A DNA stretch of 64,000 nt. Source: a virus. Taxonomy: Duplodnaviria > Caudoviricetes. Position numbers and translations under genes: made by a program. Shown in pieces: positions 57,306 through 64,000 of the stretch. Below the pieces are notes generated by a model that saw only the letters and a list, made by a program, of their open reading frames with translations, had not been told where the DNA came from and searched no databases. The stretch covers positions 1 through 64,000 of the IMG/VR virus record IMGVR_UViG_3300014019_000011; one strand, given 5' to 3'. Numbering within the stretch: position 1 is the stretch's first letter; each line of letters opens with the position of its first letter.

Positions 57306-57712
57306 ATCTGAACCTCGTATGTCGCGCGAAGTTTTCGCGGCTTCCAATGCTTGATCACTTCCGACCATCCTTCCCGGCCGTCGTAGACGAAGCGCTTCGC
57401 TCCGCCTTCCCGCATCACCTTCACCACGGCGCCGGGGAAATCCTTCAGCCATCCGTCCATGTCGTTCCCGCCGAGGATGAGGCAGCGGAGAACGGTCCCG
57501 TTGCTCCACTTCTGAAACTGGAGGATCGCGCCCATGACCGGCTCCTGGCCGTCCATGGCGCACATCAGGAAGGCTTGCCCGGATCGGCACATCTGCCAGA
57601 GATCGGCCACCGAGAGATCATCGCCGAAGCGGTCGATTGCCTCCTGAAACCTCGGGGCAAGCCGAGGCCAGAGGGCGTCCACCTCAGCCGTGTTCGCAAG
57701 GCCGATCATCAT
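57302..57712 (-). CDS. GNAT-like head assembly protein (gp14 position)
   Basis: GR.GW motif; synteny. Confidence 0.6.
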   Translation of the reverse strand: MMIGLANTAEVDALWPRLAPRFQEAIDRFGDDLSVADLWQMCRSGQAFLMCAMDGQEPVMGAILQFQKWSNGTVLRCLILGGNDMDGWLKDFPGAVVKVMREGGAKRFVYDGREGWSEVIKHWKPRKLRATYEVQI

Positions 57713-58059
57713 CGGGATAACGCAAAGTTCATGATGTAGACGAGCGTCACAGTGACGCCGGTATTGCCGACGGCCCGGATTTCATCGCCTGCGACAAGGC
57801 GCAGAGGCAGGTTGTCGAGAACGACGCTCTTCTTCGTCTCTACCGGCCCCTGCCAGACAAGATGCTCGACAGCGTTCGCGGCATCGTACCAGCGCAGTTG
57901 ACAAGTCACCGTGCCGGCGTTGTCGTTGCAGAAGGCCACCGAGGCGAGCGTCTGGCTATCGTTCGAGGCAGTATCGCCGATCTTGGTAACGCCTGTCCCG
58001 GCAAGGGCCTGTGATACCGGAACCTGCACATTGCCGTTGTAAAAGCCCGTGACGCTCAT
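57709..58059 (-). CDS. Small virion protein (gp26 position)
   Basis: 116 aa, beta-rich; synteny only. Confidence 0.55.
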   Translation of the reverse strand: MSVTGFYNGNVQVPVSQALAGTGVTKIGDTASNDSQTLASVAFCNDNAGTVTCQLRWYDAANAVEHLVWQGPVETKKSVVLDNLPLRLVAGDEIRAVGNTGVTVTLVYIMNFALSR

Positions 58060-59507
58060 TGCTGCCCCGACTGTTGCGCGTTGACATCGACCGAACTGAC
58101 GACGCTCCAGTCGGCGCCGGCAGGGATTTCAAGCCGCATCTTGTGAAGACGACCGTCTGAACGGAAAGGCACCAGTCCAGCCCGATTGATCAAGTTGGCC
58201 GAGGACCACGAGATATCGGCACCGTGAAAGCGGCGCGTTCCGTCCTTCAGGGTGAAGGTGAGGCAATCCGTATTGACGCGGGCGCTGTTGACGAATGAAG
58301 CAGCCATGCCGTCGATCTCGACGTCTGCCGTGTCGATGGTCGCGGCGAGATTATCACCGGAGAAATAGGCTAGCCGGTTGTCGGGCGTGAACGTTGCGAA
58401 GGTCGGCCGGCCGCCCGAGAAGAGACGACTGTCGAAGGGTTCCGTCACCTCGTTGATGGAGGCGTAAAGCGTGTCGAGACCGTCCCACGACAGATCGGGC
58501 GTGGCGAGCGCCATCATCTCGCCGACGTTAAGGTCTGTCGTGCACCAACGATCAAGTTGCCAATCATAGCCAAGCCGGCGATAGCTGCCGTCAGCAAGGC
58601 GGAACTTCCACCAGACGATCTTTTCGAACGGATCGGCCGCGCCCTGGACGTCTGAAAGATATGCCGTATCGACGTTTTTCAGAAACCACCTGTCCACACG
58701 CTCGGCACCGATGGGCCGACGCTCGGCACCACCAAAGAAGCCGTCTTCAGACAGGTAGAAGAATAGACCGGGGCCGATAGAGACGATGGACCGCGGCGCA
58801 ACCGTGCCCTGCTTCGGGTTGATGACCGTCCGAGTGAAGGTGAAGCCAGACGACAGGGCGAACGGAAAGAACTGCATGCCGGCGCGCTGGATGACGTTGA
58901 AGCCGCCTTGCTCGCCGAAGCCGCCCATGACCTCGTCGCCTTCGGGAAGCTCCTGGTAGTCCGCGCCTTCCTTCTTCGGTCGCCACTCTTCGATGTTGTT
59001 GATGCCCGACCAGCGCACGGTCTTTTGACCGACAGATCCTTCAAGATATCCGAGGACGAGGAAGTCGCCGGCAACCCACGAATATTTCGCGCGCGGCGGG
59101 TCTCCAGCCAGATCGGCGAACTCGCCGCCCAAGTTGATATCGTAGACCTGTATCGGGTCAGCGATATTGTGCGCCACGAGCTGATCGCCAAACCGGGTAA
59201 ACGTCCAGGAATCCTGCAACGGAAGGCGATATGGCGCGCTCGGGCCGCTGATGTCGGTCCAGGTGTAATCGGTCGTGTTGAAGAGGTAGAGGCCCGTCGC
59301 CGTGCCGGCAATGATGCTGTAGCTGCCGGATGCGGTGCGAACGTAGACGCCTCCGCGGCACTCGCCGGGAAGAGGTTCCGAAACGACGGACAGTCCCGGA
59401 ATCGGTGCCCAACCATTGGCCACGGGCTGCGCATTGACGACGTTCGCGCTCACCCTGGCGTCATACGGGCTCTTATCGGGCTCAAAGGGGCCGAAGGGGA
59501 TGATCAT
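58056..59507 (-). CDS. Tail hub/packaged DNA stabilization protein (gp10-like)
   Basis: ATG 59507; beta-propeller-like composition; follows the adaptor. Confidence 0.75.
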   Translation of the reverse strand: MIIPFGPFEPDKSPYDARVSANVVNAQPVANGWAPIPGLSVVSEPLPGECRGGVYVRTASGSYSIIAGTATGLYLFNTTDYTWTDISGPSAPYRLPLQDSWTFTRFGDQLVAHNIADPIQVYDINLGGEFADLAGDPPRAKYSWVAGDFLVLGYLEGSVGQKTVRWSGINNIEEWRPKKEGADYQELPEGDEVMGGFGEQGGFNVIQRAGMQFFPFALSSGFTFTRTVINPKQGTVAPRSIVSIGPGLFFYLSEDGFFGGAERRPIGAERVDRWFLKNVDTAYLSDVQGAADPFEKIVWWKFRLADGSYRRLGYDWQLDRWCTTDLNVGEMMALATPDLSWDGLDTLYASINEVTEPFDSRLFSGGRPTFATFTPDNRLAYFSGDNLAATIDTADVEIDGMAASFVNSARVNTDCLTFTLKDGTRRFHGADISWSSANLINRAGLVPFRSDGRLHKMRLEIPAGADWSVVSSVDVNAQQSGQQ

Positions 59508-60136
59508 AGATCGCTCCTGCACCTGCGGCCGAGCAGCGTCAGCATCGGATCGACGGTGAGCATGCCGCGCTTCTTCTCGGCTTCTTCGTTCTGCACCTCG
59601 GCGAGGAATTCATCCCACATCGACTTGAAGCCGACGGCCAGCCCCGCGTTCTGGATGTAGACGCTGCCCCAATAGATCGATGCGGCCAGATAGAGATCGG
59701 GATGGTTTTTCAGGAACGCATTCGACGGCGCCGCATTGGAAAGCGCCAATCGGCCCTTGAAGATGAACCGGAACGAGTAAGCATCGGCGCAGGGGCGCTC
59801 GAATTGAATGGTATTGCCTTCGATGGCCCAGAAGGCGGGAACGTCGGCCTGGTCGGTCGTCGGGAATGTCCCGAGCACCAACGGCGTCATCGAGCGTTCC
59901 GTCTTGTCGGCCGTCACCCAGAGAGCATCCGGCTCGGTCATGTTGAGCACGGAAATGTCGATGGCTGGGCTTCCGGCCGTGCCCGTGAGCGTGGCCGTCG
60001 TCGAAACAGGTTCCAGAAGGCGATTGAGCCTCGATTCCGCCAACTGGATGAAGGTCGTCGCCTTCCCCTGCACGTCGTTGCGCGCCATCCAGTCGGTGAT
60101 TTCGGTTTGCAGCTCGGCATAATTCGAGATCGCCAT
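59504..60136 (-). CDS. Head-to-tail adaptor protein
   Basis: NYAELQTEITDWMAR...FIQLAESRLNR...HPDLYL. Confidence 0.8.
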   Translation of the reverse strand: MAISNYAELQTEITDWMARNDVQGKATTFIQLAESRLNRLLEPVSTTATLTGTAGSPAIDISVLNMTEPDALWVTADKTERSMTPLVLGTFPTTDQADVPAFWAIEGNTIQFERPCADAYSFRFIFKGRLALSNAAPSNAFLKNHPDLYLAASIYWGSVYIQNAGLAVGFKSMWDEFLAEVQNEEAEKKRGMLTVDPMLTLLGRRCRSDL

Positions 60137-60160
60137 GCGCCTGCCCTCGTTCTTTCCAGC

Positions 60161-60200
60161 AAACGGCCCCGCCCGAGATTTCTCCCGGGCGGAGCGGTTT
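60161..60200 (-). terminator. Hairpin downstream of the coat gene
   Basis: AAAC..CCGCCCG-loop-CGGGCGG..GTTT. Confidence 0.5.
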
Positions 60201-60210
60201 CAGACCTGGC

Positions 60211-61407
60211 TCAGTTGAAGTGCAGACGAGCAGCCCACTCGGGCCGCAGCGTCTTGTAGCCGTACAGGACGTCGATACGGCACGGCAGGTTGTCGTTGTT
60301 GATATCGTACTGGCGCACGATACGCATGGAGATGCCGTCCATGACCTCGCGGCGGGCGAAGTCGACGCCGTTCGGCATCACAAGGTCGGCCGTGGCGAAG
60401 GTGAAGGCGTCTTCCTGATAGACAAGCGACGTGGTGTCCTGCCCGGAGGCCGTGCCGGCAATGGTGACGGCCTTGCCGGAACCTGCGCCGTTGATCACGA
60501 CGTTCTGCTTCGGGTCCGTGTTCGACGAGATCGGCGTCGGCGAGACGGTGATATTGCCCGCGCCGCCCGCATAGTCGGCGGTGATGACGAACTGCTGCGG
60601 AACGCCGTTATCAACCTTCGTTTCCGGATGAACGCTGTTCACGCCTGCGATGGTGATCACGTCGCCCTTGTTCAGCGAGCCCGTGCCGGCCGTCACGGCG
60701 ATAGTGGCGGAGCCGGACGTGATGCCGGTGGAGGTATTGACGACATACGCAGCATCGCCCGCGCCGCGGGTATGCCCCGGCCAGAGCGTGTTTTCCATGA
60801 AGTCGAAGCCACCGGCCCGGCCCATGTAGCCCTCCTTGTACTGCTTGGAGAGCTGCGCCTGGTCGTTGAACAGCGTCTTCGTGTCCTTGACCATATCCGC
60901 CATGTCCTTCGAGTTCAGGTTGGCGGAGCGGTCGTTGAGCGGCGCAAGGCCACGCTGGATGAGGACACGGGCGTCAAGCACGCTGTTGTAGGTCAGGGTG
61001 TTGCCCGACGACCAGATGCTGTTCGCCACATCCTTGTACATGCTCATCGCATCGTACTCGATGTTGGCCGCCAGCACCGACATGGCCGGGTCCAGGATGC
61101 GCTTGGAGAAGTCATCCAGCGACAGGGTCAGGTCAGCCGACGAGAAGTTCGTGTCGACGCCCTTCTGGGTGATGACCTTGAGATCCTGGCTTTCTTCCTG
61201 CGTGTCCTGCGTGGCCAGCGTCTTGCCGGTGCGGACCTTGTAGCGGTTCGGCATGCGGATTTTCAGCGTGTCGCCGATCTTCGCGCCGGACTTGGCGAAG
61301 CTGTCGTCGTACTGGCGATTGATCGAGCCGACGAAATTGAGCTTCTGGTGGAGGATGCGCAGCGCCTCGCGGGTCACTGCGGTCGGGGTGAGAATGACGT
61401 TTGCCAT
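60211..61407 (-). CDS. Major capsid protein, P22 coat family
   Basis: MANVILTP..TREAL..L, KIGDTL.IR.P, RIDVLYG. Confidence 0.92.
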   Translation of the reverse strand: MANVILTPTAVTREALRILHQKLNFVGSINRQYDDSFAKSGAKIGDTLKIRMPNRYKVRTGKTLATQDTQEESQDLKVITQKGVDTNFSSADLTLSLDDFSKRILDPAMSVLAANIEYDAMSMYKDVANSIWSSGNTLTYNSVLDARVLIQRGLAPLNDRSANLNSKDMADMVKDTKTLFNDQAQLSKQYKEGYMGRAGGFDFMENTLWPGHTRGAGDAAYVVNTSTGITSGSATIAVTAGTGSLNKGDVITIAGVNSVHPETKVDNGVPQQFVITADYAGGAGNITVSPTPISSNTDPKQNVVINGAGSGKAVTIAGTASGQDTTSLVYQEDAFTFATADLVMPNGVDFARREVMDGISMRIVRQYDINNDNLPCRIDVLYGYKTLRPEWAARLHFN

Positions 61408-61450
61408 TTCGATATGCTCCTTGGCCTTCGGCCTTCAGGGATGGGGGCGA

Positions 61451-62347
61451 TCAGCCCCGACGCACCTGCGCATTCCGGCGCTTCAGCCATTCCTCTTGGG
61501 AAAGACGGTCATCGAGACCCGCGGGCGGGTTTGTTCGTGCCGTGACTTTCGAGAGGGGCTGCGCCGGACTGACGGGCTGCTTCGGTTTCGGCTGCTGGTT
61601 CTGCTTGGCGAGGGCCTGCTGTCCGATGTGGGCAAGATACAGAGTGCGATACACCTGCGGGGTGTACTGGTTGCGGAGATCCTCGACGCTGAAGCCGAGT
61701 TCCTTGGTAGCAAATTCCGTGATCTTGTTGTCCAGTTCGGGCGTCCAGCCCTTCAGTTCGCGTTCCGCAAAAGCCCGTGTTTCCCGAAGGCGCGCCTCAA
61801 CGGCTTGCGTGGCCTTTTCGGACAGGTCGGCTTGCGTCTTGTCGAGGTATTGAGCGACCTGACCGCGCTGCTGCTGGAGCTGCTGAAACTGCCGCCAATG
61901 CGTCATCGCCGCAACGGGGTCTTCATTCTCCAACTGGTTCCAGTTGACGCCCTCGTACTGCTTGAGAGCGCCGTCGATGTTGAGTATTGCCGCGCGGGCC
62001 TGCAAGACCTCCTGCGAAACGTCATAGGCCGCATTGATTTCGGCCTGCCTGGCCTCGACAGCGCGCCGCTGTTCCGCAACTTCCTGCGTTTTCCGCGTGT
62101 AATCGGCATTGCGAAGGAGGGCGTCCTTCAGTTCCTGCGGGAGACGATGGACTTTGCCTTCGTACTCGACGTCCACAAGGTCGTCATCGCCGGCAATGTC
62201 GCCTTCGTCGCCATCGCCCTCTACGTTTTCGAGGTCGTCAGCCTGATTTTCCGTACCAAGATCGTCATCGGTCCCGGTGGTGGGCTGCTGCTCGTCGGCT
62301 GCAGGAATTGCCTGTTCTTCGGCAACAGCATTCAGTTCCTCGTTCAT
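61451..62347 (-). CDS. Scaffolding protein
   Basis: Acidic N-terminus, DYTRKTQ, C-terminal EEWLKRRN. Confidence 0.85.
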   Translation of the reverse strand: MNEELNAVAEEQAIPAADEQQPTTGTDDDLGTENQADDLENVEGDGDEGDIAGDDDLVDVEYEGKVHRLPQELKDALLRNADYTRKTQEVAEQRRAVEARQAEINAAYDVSQEVLQARAAILNIDGALKQYEGVNWNQLENEDPVAAMTHWRQFQQLQQQRGQVAQYLDKTQADLSEKATQAVEARLRETRAFAERELKGWTPELDNKITEFATKELGFSVEDLRNQYTPQVYRTLYLAHIGQQALAKQNQQPKPKQPVSPAQPLSKVTARTNPPAGLDDRLSQEEWLKRRNAQVRRG

Positions 62348-62406
62348 AGAGGTTCACTCCATCTCTGGCTGGTGAAAGAAAGCGCCTCTGCCCTCGGCGC
62401 GCGGGA

Positions 62407-64000
62407 TTACTGCCCTACGGGCATCAACTGCACCGGAGCGGTGCGGGAGGCTTCAAGGACGAGCTTTGCCCTGTCCACCTGCTGATCGCCTTCGACCTGC
62501 ATGCGCTTGGTCTCGGCGTTGAACGTGTCGACAGACTTGTCGCCCTTGAGGGACTGATTTTCCGCCGAAAGCTGCTGCACCTGCTGTTGAAGCTGCTGGA
62601 GCTGCTTCTGGATTTCCGGCGGTATGCTGTCCTTCCCGGCCGGGTTCATCGCTTCCAGTCGGCGCGCAATCTCGTCGGCACCCGGCCAGTCGAGGTTCTT
62701 GGCGAGCAGATCGCCCATGACCGGAGCGGCCTGCGGGAACGAACGGATAAGCTCCATCATCTGGGATGCGGCCTCTTCACGGCGGGAGGTGAAGCTCGGG
62801 CCGGCCGTAACGGTGAGGTCGTACTTGCCGGCGGTCAGGTCATAGATTGCCGCGAGTGTCTGGCCGTTCTCGCCCGTCTCCGGCTGACCATCCGGGCCCA
62901 CGATGGGTTGCGGTTCTTCCGTGTTGATCTTGACCGACTTCGGGGTTCCGTCCTCGCCCATGACGCGGATGATGCGCTCGCCCGTATAGACCTTCGGAAT
63001 GAGGTCAATCAGGATGCGGCCGGTGTGGCGGATCGCACGGGACAGATTGTCGATGAAATGGAACGTCGCAACGTCCCCTTCCTTCTGCCTCGCAAGGATC
63101 GCCCGACCGCTGGTCTCGTTCGAACGTGCGCCGAGGGAGGCGTCATACATGCCGACGATGGACTTCATGTCGTCGGACGCGTTCAAGGCCTCCTGAAGGG
63201 CACCGGCAGCGGGGCCAACGTCCAGCGGCTGGCGCTGCGGCGCGTCATCGTCATACTCCAGATAGGAATGGTTCTGCGTGTTCGCCGTCGCCCACCGGGC
63301 CGCATCGCTCTTGAACGTTCCCTTCTTGCCGATCCACGGCGCCCGCGGCGTAAGCGCCACAAGCTCGGTGCTCGTCGTGCGCCAGTAATTGAACATGCGC
63401 TGGGCGTCTTTGGCGCTGTGGATCAGGCTGCGGAAGTAGCGGCGGCCCTCCAGAATTATTTCATCGCCATAGACCGGGACAATCGGAATGTAGCGGCCGG
63501 GCCACTCGTTCACCTCCAGAATGTCGGCGCCGGACATGATGATCTGCGTCACCTTGTGGGATTTGGTCTTGCGGCTGCCCACCTCTTCCAAGATGCCTGC
63601 TTCAATCAGCGCTTGAAGCTCGGCATCGTTCTCGAAGTCCTCGCGGTCGTAGATGTGACCGTTGGAGACCTTCACGATTTCCCGCTCGGTCTCTTCGCGC
63701 TTCCACCATTCCGCGACCATGACCGTGTCGTCGGTCTTCCACTCGCCAGCATTGCGCCATGCATCGCTGTCGAAGTCCGTATCCACCGCATCGCCGTCGG
63801 CGTTCTTCTTGCTTCCGTATTTGCGCTTGAAATCGTCCGTGCGCACCGGCTCGACAACGAATGCCACGTTCCAGTCGGCGCTATCGGCTGACATGCTGTC
63901 AGGATCACCGTAGATCGAGAACTGGTTGGCAACCCGATCAATGGTCAGATCCATTTCGAAGCTGTCGTCGTAGGCGTAGTCGAGGCCAACACGCCAGTAA
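62407..64000 (-). CDS. Portal protein, P22-like (5' end beyond window)
   Basis: Frame open to the window edge; IPIVP.YG, KDAQRM.NY, SNETSG.AI.ARQ. Confidence 0.92.
   Translation of the reverse strand, partial: YWRVGLDYAYDDSFEMDLTIDRVANQFSIYGDPDSMSADSADWNVAFVVEPVRTDDFKRKYGSKKNADGDAVDTDFDSDAWRNAGEWKTDDTVMVAEWWKREETEREIVKVSNGHIYDREDFENDAELQALIEAGILEEVGSRKTKSHKVTQIIMSGADILEVNEWPGRYIPIVPVYGDEIILEGRRYFRSLIHSAKDAQRMFNYWRTTSTELVALTPRAPWIGKKGTFKSDAARWATANTQNHSYLEYDDDAPQRQPLDVGPAAGALQEALNASDDMKSIVGMYDASLGARSNETSGRAILARQKEGDVATFHFIDNLSRAIRHTGRILIDLIPKVYTGERIIRVMGEDGTPKSVKINTEEPQPIVGPDGQPETGENGQTLAAIYDLTAGKYDLTVTAGPSFTSRREEAASQMMELIRSFPQAAPVMGDLLAKNLDWPGADEIARRLEAMNPAGKDSIPPEIQKQLQQLQQQVQQLSAENQSLKGDKSVDTFNAETKRMQVEGDQQVDRAKLVLEASRTAPVQLMPVGQ

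Larger units (their letters stand above)
46249..64000. mobile_element. P22-like podovirus prophage (late region), extends beyond window
   Basis: Portal-scaffold-coat-adaptor-hub-ejection gene order, then fibre and lysis genes ending at the tRNA fragment. Confidence 0.88.

Noticed and set aside
1-64000. Diversity-generating retroelement or retron
   Set aside because: No reverse transcriptase motif (YxDD context) in any credible ORF, and no TR/VR pair noticed at the fibre ends

Overview
The whole window is phage DNA from a GC-rich alphaproteobacterial, probably Rhizobiaceae-like, genome. Two elements abut at a 48-bp 3' fragment of tRNA-Lys(UUU) (46249-46296, minus strand), which looks like an att core. 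The left element (<1 to ~46248) is a siphovirus. Its late operon runs leftward: lambda-type terminase and portal, fused protease-capsid, tail tube, chaperone with a -1 frameshift, 1197-aa tape measure, atypical tail tip, T5 A1-like nuclease and a GH108 lysis cassette. In place of a normal phage replication/immunity module it has a plasmid-type Rep_3-like initiator beside an AT-rich origin with direct repeats, an orphan AbiEii-type nucleotidyltransferase, a soluble FtsH-like protease and a metallophosphoesterase. No integrase, cI or par genes are visible, so it reads as a candidate phage-plasmid. It also carries several recurring non-coding motifs and a ~1.3-kb non-coding region containing a degenerate tandem duplication. 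The right element (46249 to >64000) is the late half of a P22-like podovirus prophage: portal (cut by the window edge), scaffold, coat, adaptor, hub, three ejection proteins, a SleB+M23 hydrolase, fibre, and lysis genes. All product calls come from motif recognition and synteny by eye; no database searches were run.
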